Source of the DNA: an uncultured virus (IMG/VR IMGVR_UViG_3300020439_001801) | Taxonomy: Duplodnaviria; Heunggongvirae; Uroviricota; Caudoviricetes | Direction: 5' to 3' (one strand) | Length of the DNA stretch: 59,664 bases | IMG/VR virus record: IMGVR_UViG_3300020439_001801 | In this document: positions 30,051 to 39,612 of the stretch, one piece after another | How the letters are laid out: each line of letters opens with the position of its first letter | How positions within the stretch are numbered: position 1 is the first letter of the stretch | Translations under genes and position numbers: made by a program | Notes under the pieces: generated by a model | The model's input: only the letters and a program-made list of their open reading frames with translations | Told to the model about the DNA's origin: nothing | Database searches by the model: none

Positions 30051-31289
30051 TTAATCTACGAAGTTTTTCTTACTTAGTATCGTATTTAGTTTACTTGCTA
30101 TAGCTGCAAATTTAGCGGCGTTTACAGGTGGACCAGATGGACCTGCTGGGGTTGGGTGATTCATTACTTGTAGTTCCGAACATAATTCATTTAGTAAGTC
30201 AACTAACGTATCACCCAATACTAATGGTTCTTCAGAGCCACCATTACCTAAGTGAATTTCACCCTGCTCACTTTCTATTGTATAGTTACTACCATTTGTT
30301 ACAAATAATACATCATCATCTGTATTAACTATCATCCCACCTTTATTATCTATTGATAAGCTACCATCTGATGTAAATCCATAATTACCTTTAGAATAAA
30401 AAATCATTTCGGATTCTTTAGCCGATATTATAACTCTACCACTATTAATTAATATTTGGTCACCAATTAGTTCTGATGGATAATCAGTAAACGAATTTGG
30501 TTTTTGTTCAAAATTTGATGAACCACCATCATCAACAACGCCTGGTTGGAAATCTAATTTATAATCACCCGATGATAATACAATAACAGAACCATCTCTG
30601 TTTACATCTTCTTCTGTTATTAATCCAGTTTCTATTTCATTTTGAGATATATCATTTTCTCTGTTTCTTAGTATAATAGTTGGTGATAGTGAATCTTCGG
30701 TATTATTGTATCCACTAAATCTCATAGATTGACCGAATCTACTTTGAATTAATGAATCACCTTCATAATATCGTAATGGATGAATAAAATTACCTTGCTC
30801 TTCGAAAACATCACCATATCCAGTTTTCTCATCATCAGATGTATCTTTATTAGCTATACCAGTATTGGATGTTGATTGATAATTTTGAGATGTATTTCCT
30901 GATTTTGATTTTGGTGGTTTAAATAACCTTTCTAATACATCATCAGCTGTATCTACGTTTGGACTTAAGTTCTCACCACCTCTTCTATAAAAGTAACCAC
31001 TTGCCGTTTCTATTATATCTACCTTTTCATTTTTGATTGGTAAGGTATTAAAATTTTTATCCATCGGTGATGCAAATAAATCACCTTTAGTACCAGAGAA
31101 AAACTTTTTATTCATCGGTAAAAATTGTATCCAACCAACTCTACCGTTTGGAATTTTACCATCCTTTACCAATTCGTTATCATCATCTAAGATAACGTTA
31201 ACTACTACACCTTTAAACGATTCTGTTTCGTTATCGGTAATAGCATCCATTATTCTTCTTGAAAAAAATGAACTTCTATTTCTTTCCAT
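30051..31289 (-). CDS. Baseplate hub / central spike protein (gp5/gpV-like)
   Basis: OB-fold-like N-terminus (GVVVNV...GWIQF...LPIKNEKV), EGDSLIQSRFGQS, beta-helix-like C-terminus, tip motif HPTPAGPSGPP. Confidence 0.65.
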   Translation of the reverse strand: MERNRSSFFSRRIMDAITDNETESFKGVVVNVILDDDNELVKDGKIPNGRVGWIQFLPMNKKFFSGTKGDLFASPMDKNFNTLPIKNEKVDIIETASGYFYRRGGENLSPNVDTADDVLERLFKPPKSKSGNTSQNYQSTSNTGIANKDTSDDEKTGYGDVFEEQGNFIHPLRYYEGDSLIQSRFGQSMRFSGYNNTEDSLSPTIILRNRENDISQNEIETGLITEEDVNRDGSVIVLSSGDYKLDFQPGVVDDGGSSNFEQKPNSFTDYPSELIGDQILINSGRVIISAKESEMIFYSKGNYGFTSDGSLSIDNKGGMIVNTDDDVLFVTNGSNYTIESEQGEIHLGNGGSEEPLVLGDTLVDLLNELCSELQVMNHPTPAGPSGPPVNAAKFAAIASKLNTILSKKNFVD

Positions 31290-31699
31290 TATTTATTTAC
31301 CTTTTGTTTTAATTCCTCAACTTCACTAGTCAATTCATCAACCTTAGCTTCTTGTTCATCTGCAACTTCACCAACCACATCTTCTAATTGTTGTAGTAAT
31401 TGTTCTTTTTCTTTATCTGTAAGGAATCCATCTTCACCGATTGTTTTATCCTTAGAAGCTATCATTCTTTGTGCAATAGCTGCCATCTTAATTAGTGATT
31501 CATCGTTTCTAACAGATGTATCTACTAAATCTTTTATGATTGGACCTATTACTGCCATATCCCCAGAATGTCTAATTACCTTTTTCATCTCAGCAATTAG
31601 TTCTGATATTCTTTGTTTCTTATTTTGCTGGTTATCGTAGATATCTTTAAACAATCCACTTAAATCTTTACCAGGAAATAATTGAAAATCTGTACTCAT
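31289..31699 (-). CDS. Hypothetical helical protein
   Basis: 136 aa ORF, coupled to the spike gene, late motif upstream. Confidence 0.6.
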   Translation of the reverse strand: MSTDFQLFPGKDLSGLFKDIYDNQQNKKQRISELIAEMKKVIRHSGDMAVIGPIIKDLVDTSVRNDESLIKMAAIAQRMIASKDKTIGEDGFLTDKEKEQLLQQLEDVVGEVADEQEAKVDELTSEVEELKQKVNK

Positions 31700-31720
31700 A
31701 ATTTTTATACATTATCTTAC

Positions 31721-31728
31721 TATAAATA
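31721..31728 (-). promoter_or_regulatory. Putative late promoter motif TATTTATA
   Basis: Head of the baseplate operon. Confidence 0.55.
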
Positions 31729-31735
31729 TTGGAAA

Positions 31736-31765
31736 TAAAAAAACCTCCCATTTCTGAGAGGTTTT
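31736..31765 (-). terminator. Rho-independent terminator
   Basis: AAAACCTC..CA / TG..GAGGTTTT stem plus T tract on the minus strand. Confidence 0.65.
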
Positions 31766-31794
31766 AGTATCTTAACCGGTTATGGTTTTAATTC

Positions 31795-32031
31795 TTAAGC
31801 TTTCTTTTTAAGAATGTGGTATAAAACGAATGCACCTACTAAACCAAGTAGACCTTCGTTACTCAATCCACCTAATATACCCATAATGTTGTCCACTACA
31901 GATACCTCAGGCCAGAAAGGAATATTAGCACCTTTGAATAATACTTCTAATACTACTCCTAAAGCGATAACACTTATACCGATTTCTGTTAGATGATTAG
32001 CCCAAGAGCCAATCTTTTTAAGAAATTCCAT
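31795..32031 (-). CDS. Small two-helix membrane protein
   Basis: Two hydrophobic segments, basic C-terminus, AAGGAG RBS, own terminator. Confidence 0.7.
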   Translation of the reverse strand: MEFLKKIGSWANHLTEIGISVIALGVVLEVLFKGANIPFWPEVSVVDNIMGILGGLSNEGLLGLVGAFVLYHILKKKA

Positions 32032-32174
32032 ATATTACTCCTTTGTTTTAATTTGGAAAAATAACTTTCTCATATTACAAAACAACGGACTGTCCAAAGA
32101 ATAACTATAGTATATATTAAGTAAAAAGTTCGTTTTTGATTTTCACACCCAATGTGCGAACCATATCGAGTGTC

Positions 32175-32207
32175 AAACAAAAAACCCAACCTTACGGGGT
32201 TGGGTTT
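32175..32207 (-). terminator. Rho-independent terminator
   Basis: AAACCCAACC / GGTTGGGTTT perfect stem followed by a T run on the minus strand. Confidence 0.75.
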
Positions 32208-32232
32208 ATTTACTAATCACTTTGAATTACGA

Positions 32233-32577
32233 TTAGTCATTTAGAGCCACAATTTCCTTCAATCGTTTGATTTCAGCTTTCATTTGTTCATACTCTATCT
32301 GTTCATAAGTATAACGAGGTTGATTTTTTGGTTTAATCCAAACTAACTTACCTCTATTATATAAAGCTTTAGTTCCTACATCATCTCTCCAATAAGAATG
32401 GACTAATAGTTTTCCATCTTGAGATTCAATGTACATTCCTTTTTGATGAACCGAACCATCTTCGTTGTAAGCTCGGTATTCATAAAGATTATCATCCACC
32501 TTCTCTATAACTTTGGATTCTTGTCCAAAGAGCGGAATGAAAAAGAGTAGGAGGATGGATGTCATTAAGTATTTCAT
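32233..32577 (-). CDS. Secreted hypothetical protein
   Basis: Signal-peptide-like N-terminus; AGGAGG RBS; MORN-like Y..DG....G.Y segment. Confidence 0.6.
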   Translation of the reverse strand: MKYLMTSILLLFFIPLFGQESKVIEKVDDNLYEYRAYNEDGSVHQKGMYIESQDGKLLVHSYWRDDVGTKALYNRGKLVWIKPKNQPRYTYEQIEYEQMKAEIKRLKEIVALND

Positions 32578-32594
32578 AATAATTCCTCCTTTAT

Positions 32595-32602
32595 TATAAA
32601 TA
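32595..32602 (-). promoter_or_regulatory. Putative late promoter motif TATTTATA
   Basis: Upstream of ATG 32577. Confidence 0.5.
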
Positions 32603-32636
32603 TACCAATGTTAAGAAAACGTTATGTAATTGTTAA

Positions 32637-34352
32637 CTAAATGATTTTTTTGGATATAAAAATATTATCAACAACTAAGAAATCCATATCACAATTCATA
32701 AACGTGTCAATTGCTTCTTGAGTATCTCTAACCATAGTTTGGTCTTTAAGATTAAATGATGTGTTAAGTAGTATTGGATACTTTGTAATCTTCTGATATT
32801 CTTTTAGAAGTTTGTACATCTTAGGATTAAAATCTTCTCTAAGTGTTTGTACTCTTGCCGAACCATCGGTGTGTGTAATAGCTGGTAATTTAGTTTGATG
32901 ATTTTCTTTTACCTTTACGATTTGATTCATATAAGGTATTTCTACATTTGGAGTAAAGAATCTTTTCATATCTTCATAACAAACCATAGGAGCAAAGGGT
33001 CTAAACCCTTCTCTCTTCTTTACAACCATATTAACTCTCTTCTTCATTTGTGGGTCTCTTGGGTCTGCTAAGATAGAACGATTACCCAATGCTCTTGCAC
33101 CAAACTCTAATTGACCTCTAACCCAACCAATGATGTTTCCTTCTGATATAAGTTTAGCTACTTTTGGAAACAACTCTTCATCGGATAATGCTTCGTAGAA
33201 TATCTTATCTTCATTATCTTTTACAACGCTTACAATATCTAATAGTTTTTCAGATGGACCTAAGAATGGTGTTTTATTTTCTTTTCTATCATTTGTAATG
33301 TGATTCCAATAGTTTAGAGCTGCCCCAATAGCAGAACCAGCATCGGATGGTGCTGGTGGAATCCATATGTTTTTAAATGGTGTTCTGTTTTGAATCTTAC
33401 CATTGGCAGTTCCATTGTATGCACATCCACCACTCAAACATAAGTTTGGTGTTTTGGTTTTTGTATATAACTTATTTAGTAATTTAAAGAAATGATACTC
33501 ATATGTGTATTGTAATGCAGCTGCTATATTTTTATGTTTATCCGAAATCCTTTCATCTGGTAATCTATTTGGTATCCCAAATAATTTAGATAACTTTTTA
33601 TTAAACATAATCTTATCAGAATAATGATAAGAAAAATAATCCATATTTAATTCAAAACCATCCTCTGTTTCTTTTATTAATTCTCTAAATTTCTTTTCAT
33701 AAAAAGCAGGATGTCCATATGGTGCCAATCCCATTACCTTATACTCACCTTCGTTTGGTTTAAATCCTAAGAATGCTGTTATTGTAGAGTAAAGTAATCC
33801 TAATGAATGTGGATACACAACTTCTGATTTTCTACTAATAATATTTTCTTTACCATAAGCCATCACAGTAGTATCCCACTCACCAACACCATCTACCGAT
33901 AGTATAGCTGATTCTTTAAAATCTGATGTAAAGTAGGAATATGCTAAATGAGATAAGTGGTGATTTCCTACTAATATTTTAGCGTTAGGAAATATATCTT
34001 CTAATGGCTTAAGTGGGTCTGTTTTCTTTGGAAATTTAAATGGATTCTTCCAAAAATATTTCCAATAGGATTTTTTATCTCTATCATATTTCAGTTTTGG
34101 ATTCTCATAATAACATACGGCAGATATTTGCTGTCCGTTTATTTTATTTTCTTTTAAAATCCAATTGATAGAATTTATTGGAAAACTATTATCGTGTTTT
34201 ATACCAGTAAATCTTTCTTCTTCTACCGCATTTAAAACTTTTCCATTTTGTATTAGTGCAACTGCTGAATCATGAAATCCAAAAGAGATTCCAATAATAT
34301 AATCATCATAAATATTCTTCCTCATTCCAAAACTGATTTGGGTTATCTTCAA
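32637..34352 (-). CDS. O-carbamoyltransferase (NodU/CmcH/TobZ family)
   Basis: HDSAVAL, EEERF, HHLSH, VDGVGE, GEYKVMGLAPYG, GGCAYN, EFGARALGNRS, RPFAP, LNTSFN; true start may be 34325. Confidence 0.92.
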   Translation of the reverse strand: MKITQISFGMRKNIYDDYIIGISFGFHDSAVALIQNGKVLNAVEEERFTGIKHDNSFPINSINWILKENKINGQQISAVCYYENPKLKYDRDKKSYWKYFWKNPFKFPKKTDPLKPLEDIFPNAKILVGNHHLSHLAYSYFTSDFKESAILSVDGVGEWDTTVMAYGKENIISRKSEVVYPHSLGLLYSTITAFLGFKPNEGEYKVMGLAPYGHPAFYEKKFRELIKETEDGFELNMDYFSYHYSDKIMFNKKLSKLFGIPNRLPDERISDKHKNIAAALQYTYEYHFFKLLNKLYTKTKTPNLCLSGGCAYNGTANGKIQNRTPFKNIWIPPAPSDAGSAIGAALNYWNHITNDRKENKTPFLGPSEKLLDIVSVVKDNEDKIFYEALSDEELFPKVAKLISEGNIIGWVRGQLEFGARALGNRSILADPRDPQMKKRVNMVVKKREGFRPFAPMVCYEDMKRFFTPNVEIPYMNQIVKVKENHQTKLPAITHTDGSARVQTLREDFNPKMYKLLKEYQKITKYPILLNTSFNLKDQTMVRDTQEAIDTFMNCDMDFLVVDNIFISKKII

Positions 34353-35037
34353 TTACTTCTCCTTCTAAAAATGAATTCAACATTTTCTTTTGATGCTGTT
34401 TCATTACATTTACAACTTTGGTAATATAATGAGTTTTACAATCTGTCATTTCTCTGATAAGAAGGTATAGATGTTTTTTATTAAAGTTTTCTATATAATC
34501 TGCTCTTCTAAATAATTCCAATACTGCATCTGCTATTTGGATATCTCTTTTCTTTGAAAAAACAACAGTAAGGTTTTTATCCCAATAATCTAACATTATT
34601 TGTCTAAACTCTGAGTATTCTTCGTTTTGTTGTGATTCTACAAAATCATTTTCAGGATTCCAAGTTTGAGGCATTTCGGATATCAATGCGTTTTTTTGCC
34701 ATCTCTTATAGTTACCATTATTCTTTAGAATTAAATGATTCTTAGCAATAATAGTAAAATAAGAAAACGCCCTACCCTTACCTTCTTTGTACATATGCAT
34801 TTTTTCTACCATTGTAGAAACTACTTCAGTTTGAACATCTTTTTTTGGTACATCGAAGTAAGTAAACTTAAATGTATTTAAAACATTTTCTGCTAATTTT
34901 TCAAAAGGATATTTAATTCTTTCTTGATAAATCTTAGACCTTTCTTTTGGGTCTTTACATTTGTTGTATTCGATAATTGCTTCTTGAGCAGGTGAACCGA
35001 AATACATCTTCGATTTTTTTCTTCTTTTTTTGGGCAT
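34306..35037 (-). CDS. Putative phage sigma factor (T4 gp55-like region 2)
   Basis: KLAENV...F...KGRAFSYFTIIAKN resembles the gp55-type FAYFTQ region 2 motif. Confidence 0.55.
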   Translation of the reverse strand: MPKKRRKKSKMYFGSPAQEAIIEYNKCKDPKERSKIYQERIKYPFEKLAENVLNTFKFTYFDVPKKDVQTEVVSTMVEKMHMYKEGKGRAFSYFTIIAKNHLILKNNGNYKRWQKNALISEMPQTWNPENDFVESQQNEEYSEFRQIMLDYWDKNLTVVFSKKRDIQIADAVLELFRRADYIENFNKKHLYLLIREMTDCKTHYITKVVNVMKQHQKKMLNSFLEGEVIEDNPNQFWNEEEYL

Positions 35038-35040
35038 ATT

Positions 35041-35304
35041 TTATTTAAATTGTTCGTTTAACTCTTTTACTATACCTTTGAGTTCTGTAAATACAGTACC
35101 CACTTCATCATCGGATTCAAAAGAACCTCTGATATCTGCTGCTTGCATTCTTTCATTAGCATCAGTAATAGTTTGTACAACACCATTGATTGTACCAACT
35201 AAATCATCTTCTAATTGTTCGTTTTGTTTAAGTAGGTTTCTAACCCCTATAAGTAGTCCTATATTAAAAACTACCGATACTCCTAAAATTATTTCTATAA
35301 CCAT
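35041..35304 (-). CDS. Small membrane-anchored coiled-coil protein
   Basis: N-terminal hydrophobic helix then coiled coil; follows the lysozyme-like gene. Confidence 0.6.
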   Translation of the reverse strand: MVIEIILGVSVVFNIGLLIGVRNLLKQNEQLEDDLVGTINGVVQTITDANERMQAADIRGSFESDDEVGTVFTELKGIVKELNEQFK

Positions 35305-35916
35305 TTAATTTAATTTAATATCGTATCCACTAAATTGTTTCATATACGATGTGATTTTTGTACCATAAGCATCTTTAAAAACTTTACCATTTTTAAAGTA
35401 TCTTTTTACTGAACCCTGTCCTCCAAGATGTGCAGCTGCTAATATACCACTTTCCGAAATGTACATACCATTGATTGTTTGTCCATCAAATGTATCAATG
35501 TAAGTTTGTAGTTTTTCTTTGTTGTGTAATAGTAAAGCCATCATTGCTTCTTCTTGTAGTTGTGGGTTGTTAAGGAATTCTTTACGAGTAACATTAAATC
35601 CTAAACCTTTTAATGTTGATTTACCAAATTGGTATTTACCCATATATCCCCAAGTGTTTGTAATATCATATCTATTACCACTTTCTCTAAATCCTACATC
35701 ATTTAAGAATCGATTAAGTTCATCTTCGTGATGTTGTTTGATTTTGAGTTCCTCAGCTTCTTTTCTGAGTTTTTCATCTTCTACCATCTGTAACCATATT
35801 TGGTCATCTGTGGTATTTGTTGTTGCGGAATCTATCATTCCAAACGATAGTATTGAAAGTACTAACGCAATTATTACTGTTCTTCTCATACGGTATTTCT
35901 CCTTTTGATTAAACAT
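35305..35916 (-). CDS. Lysozyme-superfamily peptidoglycan hydrolase with N-terminal signal/anchor
   Basis: FRESG (catalytic Glu), GKYQFG, LAAAHLGG; hydrophobic N-terminus. Confidence 0.7.
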   Translation of the reverse strand: MFNQKEKYRMRRTVIIALVLSILSFGMIDSATTNTTDDQIWLQMVEDEKLRKEAEELKIKQHHEDELNRFLNDVGFRESGNRYDITNTWGYMGKYQFGKSTLKGLGFNVTRKEFLNNPQLQEEAMMALLLHNKEKLQTYIDTFDGQTINGMYISESGILAAAHLGGQGSVKRYFKNGKVFKDAYGTKITSYMKQFSGYDIKLN

Positions 35917-35918
35917 AA

Positions 35919-35950
35919 CTAATATACGAAAAATTTTTCATATATCCAAA
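35919..35950 (-). promoter_or_regulatory. Bacteroidota-type promoter
   Basis: Sense TTTGGATATATGAAAAATTTTTCGTATATTAG. Confidence 0.7.
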
Positions 35951-35966
35951 TAAAATCATATTTTTT

Positions 35967-36221
35967 TTATGCTTGTCCTATTGGACCAAAATACATGTCC
36001 AATAATTCCTCATCAGTAGTTTGAACCCTTCTTTTTAATTTATCTGCTTCGTTGATGAGTTTTGCGAATTCTTTAGCTGTTTCTATAAACAACTTTTGGT
36101 TTTGGAATAACCTTTCCTCAACTTCGTCTTTAGTGAGGATTTCTTTCTCAATCAATAACTCAATTATAGATTGATTAAGTAGGTTAACTTGTAGTAAGTT
36201 ATCTTTAATTTCTTTAAACAT
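35967..36221 (-). CDS. Hypothetical protein
   Basis: 84 aa ORF in a tightly packed operon. Confidence 0.6.
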   Translation of the reverse strand: MFKEIKDNLLQVNLLNQSIIELLIEKEILTKDEVEERLFQNQKLFIETAKEFAKLINEADKLKRRVQTTDEELLDMYFGPIGQA

Positions 36222-36447
36222 TCTTTATATCCTTTAGTAGAGTTTTTATATCTTCTCCACTATCTTCTAAATCACCAAATGCCTTTTGTATGGATTTTGG
36301 TGAGTAACCTAACGAATGTGCCATTCTTATCATTACGGCTTTATATTCATTGATATTCATATCATCAGGTACATCAAACTTTATTTCGTTTGCTTCCCTA
36401 ACATTCTGCTTCCATCCGTTACTATACTTAAATATTAATTTTGCCAT
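36214..36447 (-). CDS. Hypothetical protein
   Basis: 77 aa ORF in a tightly packed operon. Confidence 0.6.
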   Translation of the reverse strand: MAKLIFKYSNGWKQNVREANEIKFDVPDDMNINEYKAVMIRMAHSLGYSPKSIQKAFGDLEDSGEDIKTLLKDIKNV

Positions 36448-36461
36448 CGTTTCGTTTCGTT

Positions 36462-37082
36462 TTATACAATTTGATATCCTTTCTCCAATAATGGTAGTGC
36501 TTTTTTGTACTTTACAAAATCAGTTTCACCATCAGGAGATTTAATCATAACTTTATCATTTCTACCATATTTCTTTTCCGATACTCTTTGGATGTTATAT
36601 GCTCTTACAGAATCAGTAATCAATATCCCATCTAAATGGTCTATCTCATGCTGAGCAACAACACATTCTAATAATCCTTCATCAGCAAAGTAATTATGAC
36701 CTTCTGTACCAATCTTATCTTTTTCATCAGGTCCAAACTCTACAGTACCTAAGTTATCAGTTTCAACAGTAATAGAAATACTTCTAACTGTATTCTTTGG
36801 TTTTCTCATTGTTTTGGGAAGAGATAAACAACTTTCAATATATTGAACTGCCTCTTCACTTCTTTTAACAATTTTTGGATTAACCAATACCATTGGTTCT
36901 TTTATGTTAATAACACACATTCTTTTATCTACACCAATTTGGTTTGCGGATAAACCAAATCCTTTTTCTTTCTCTAAGGCAGTAAATAATGCTGCTGATA
37001 TAACATCTTCTTCGGTTTTGTTTTTAGGTAAATCCGTAACTACCTTTGATAATTTAATTTTATCTGTTACTATTTTTGTCAT
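36462..37082 (-). CDS. def: Peptide deformylase
   Basis: GFGLSANQIG, ESCLS, QHEIDHLDG: all three PDF motifs. Confidence 0.92.
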   Translation of the reverse strand: MTKIVTDKIKLSKVVTDLPKNKTEEDVISAALFTALEKEKGFGLSANQIGVDKRMCVINIKEPMVLVNPKIVKRSEEAVQYIESCLSLPKTMRKPKNTVRSISITVETDNLGTVEFGPDEKDKIGTEGHNYFADEGLLECVVAQHEIDHLDGILITDSVRAYNIQRVSEKKYGRNDKVMIKSPDGETDFVKYKKALPLLEKGYQIV

Positions 37083-37315
37083 TCGAATAAGTTTAATTGT
37101 GATTTATCTTTTACTAATTTTCTTTCTGATATATCAGAACCAAATGGTCTTTCATAAATAGTTTCACCACCATCAGGTGATTCATAGATTGTACCATTCC
37201 ATTTATTAAGTTGGTCAATCTTATCTATTCTATCCCAATATATCTTTCTTACTTTTGCACCTAACTCTGCATCGTTTGGTGTTTCTTCTACTAAAGGTTT
37301 AATATTTACATTCAT
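37079..37315 (-). CDS. Hypothetical protein
   Basis: 78 aa ORF with overlapping start/stop on both sides. Confidence 0.6.
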   Translation of the reverse strand: MNVNIKPLVEETPNDAELGAKVRKIYWDRIDKIDQLNKWNGTIYESPDGGETIYERPFGSDISERKLVKDKSQLNLFE

Positions 37316-37866
37316 AATTTCTTTACTAAGGTTTTTGTGTTTAATCTATTTTGATGTGGATTTTTCCATAACTCTGAGTTGTCGAACTCATTTAATTTTT
37401 TTATTTCTGAATTTTGTATAGATAGTGGGTGTTTTTTCTTAAACTCATCTACTACTGAATTGTTTATTAAAATATACCCACCTGTAGTTAAGTAATCCCA
37501 AGCATAACTAAATAAATCAAATCTTATATCTTTATCTCTTGCAACAGAACCAACATCTATATCACAATAAGCTATACTTGTTTTTGGTGGTTCTTCTTTA
37601 TGTACATCAAAAGAAAAGATTCTTGGATGATTTAGTGGATTGAATATATCATACCCATAAACTCTATCATATCCATATAGTTCACATAACTTTTCAATGG
37701 AAACACCAACACCACAACCAAACTGAATTATATCTCCATCTTTTGGTATATCTAATGTTGGTAATAGTTCTGATACTATTTTATATGAATGATAGTTATA
37801 ACCATACTCACTCCATATGGTATGTCCTCCATCAAACCAATCTTTCCATTGTTTATTGTAATTCAT
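37312..37866 (-). CDS. Class I SAM-dependent methyltransferase-like protein
   Basis: IIQFGCGVG motif I, YGYD, L..GGYIL. Confidence 0.7.
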   Translation of the reverse strand: MNYNKQWKDWFDGGHTIWSEYGYNYHSYKIVSELLPTLDIPKDGDIIQFGCGVGVSIEKLCELYGYDRVYGYDIFNPLNHPRIFSFDVHKEEPPKTSIAYCDIDVGSVARDKDIRFDLFSYAWDYLTTGGYILINNSVVDEFKKKHPLSIQNSEIKKLNEFDNSELWKNPHQNRLNTKTLVKKL

Positions 37867-38345
37867 TATATTGCTATGTTATTATACTTTTCTAATAACC
37901 AAGATGAGGATTGTACTTTATCTCCCAATCCCCAAACCAAATCTACACCAAGAGTATTACATACATCTTCTTCAGTCGATGGAACTCCACCAGCAACTCT
38001 ATCACCTCCGTTACCAAAAGCCATAATTCCTTTCTCCCATTCACCTCTTTCTCTCATCCATTTGTGTCTTGATGCATCGATGAAATCACATGCCGTATCA
38101 TCATTGTGTATTTTTGGATTCATAATATAAACCCAATCCACTCCTTTTATATTATCCATTACGAAAGCTCTTTCTTGCTCTTTCATAAATGATTTACCTT
38201 TCTTTCTTCTTAACCAACTATCGTTGTTAAGTCCTATCCAAACTTCATCCGCAAGTTCTTTTGCGTTTTGGATACATTCAATATGACCTTTGTGTACGGG
38301 GTCAAACCCACCGCTAATTAATATTACTTTATATTTTTTACTCAT
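37866..38345 (-). CDS. Cytidylyltransferase-like nucleotidyltransferase (TagD/RfaE type)
   Basis: SGGFDPVHKGH, NGGDR, KVQSSS. Confidence 0.85.
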   Translation of the reverse strand: MSKKYKVILISGGFDPVHKGHIECIQNAKELADEVWIGLNNDSWLRRKKGKSFMKEQERAFVMDNIKGVDWVYIMNPKIHNDDTACDFIDASRHKWMRERGEWEKGIMAFGNGGDRVAGGVPSTEEDVCNTLGVDLVWGLGDKVQSSSWLLEKYNNIAI

Positions 38346-38725
38346 TTATTTTCAGTTTTCCACTCCTCATCAAATGCACCTACTTCTTTTCTATGTTCAT
38401 CTGATGGGTCGTATTTTTGTGTTACATAATATGCTAAAATTGTTCCCGGCTCTAATGCCTTATAACCATGATACACACCAGGTGGTATCTTTAAGACTTG
38501 TGGATTTTTATCTGAAAGGTATTTGAATTCACAACCATCTTCTTCGGTTGCCCATCCAACTTTTAAACTACCCTTCAAACAAATCCAATAGTCAGTTTGT
38601 TTTTCGTGTTTGTGCCACGCAACTATATGCTCAGTTGAATTTATATAAGATATATTTACTTGTCCTTTATCTAAAGGAAATACATCTAATAATCTTTGTG
38701 CTCTGTCATCTTCGTGATAATTCAT
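38342..38725 (-). CDS. RmlC/FdtA-like cupin (dTDP-sugar epimerase/isomerase)
   Basis: DDR, AWHKHEKQTD, IPPGVYHGY, YDPSDE. Confidence 0.75.
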   Translation of the reverse strand: MNYHEDDRAQRLLDVFPLDKGQVNISYINSTEHIVAWHKHEKQTDYWICLKGSLKVGWATEEDGCEFKYLSDKNPQVLKIPPGVYHGYKALEPGTILAYYVTQKYDPSDEHRKEVGAFDEEWKTENK

Positions 38726-38727
38726 AA

Positions 38728-39612
38728 CTAATTACTTAATGGTGCTTTAATTGTGGGATGTGATTCATAATCCAAAATCTCATAATCAAACTCACCCTCT
38801 AATATATGAATATTAGATAATTTAATTTTTGGTAATTTTTTGGGTTCTCTTCTTATTTGTTCATGTGCTTGTTCCAAGTGATTTTTATATAAATGTACAT
38901 CACCCAATGAACCAATCAATTCACCTGGCTCATATCCTGTCTCTTCACACAATAGTAATAAGAGTAATCCATAAGATGCTATGTTAAATGGTAATCCTAA
39001 GAATACATCCACACTTCTTTGATTCCACATAAGTGAAAGTTTACCATTTGCTACATAACATTGGAATGAATAATGGCAAGGTGGTAAAGTCATCTTATCT
39101 AAATCCTCAACATTCCAAGCTGATACTATATGTCTCCTACTATTTGGATTGTCTTTTAGATTTTGTATAAGTTCTTTGATTTGGTCTATATATGTTTTAT
39201 TACCCCACTTTCTCCATTGTGTTCCGTATATTGGACCTAACAATCCGTAATGCCAATATGCTTTATCGTTTTTTACTTTATCTATAAATTCTTCTTTTGA
39301 TAATGGTTCATCTAAATCCCAATCAACTACTCTACAATATTTCTTATACGCATCGCCATTCCAAATGTTACATCCATTTTCTAATAAGTAACCAATGTGG
39401 GAATCACCTCTTAGAAACCATTTAAGTTCTGTAATCATAGATTTTACTGCCATCTTCTTTGTTGTAAGAAGTGGGAATCCATCTGCCATATTATGTCTAA
39501 ATGTATCACCAAAATAAGATAATGTACCTGTACCAGTTCTATCATCTTTTTCAGTTCCATACATTATGAGTTTTCTAAGAAACCCTTGATATTGTTTATC
39601 TACTGTATTCAT
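38728..39612 (-). CDS. thyA: Thymidylate synthase
   Basis: DRTGTGT, FPLLTTKK, ELKWFLRG, LPPCH, QRSVDVFLGLPFNIASY, HLYKNH. Confidence 0.95.
   Translation of the reverse strand: MNTVDKQYQGFLRKLIMYGTEKDDRTGTGTLSYFGDTFRHNMADGFPLLTTKKMAVKSMITELKWFLRGDSHIGYLLENGCNIWNGDAYKKYCRVVDWDLDEPLSKEEFIDKVKNDKAYWHYGLLGPIYGTQWRKWGNKTYIDQIKELIQNLKDNPNSRRHIVSAWNVEDLDKMTLPPCHYSFQCYVANGKLSLMWNQRSVDVFLGLPFNIASYGLLLLLLCEETGYEPGELIGSLGDVHLYKNHLEQAHEQIRREPKKLPKIKLSNIHILEGEFDYEILDYESHPTIKAPLSN

Noticed and set aside
38728..39612. ThyA as a dCMP/dUMP hydroxymethylase for DNA hypermodification
   Set aside because: Canonical ThyA motifs including the Asn in PFNIASY are intact
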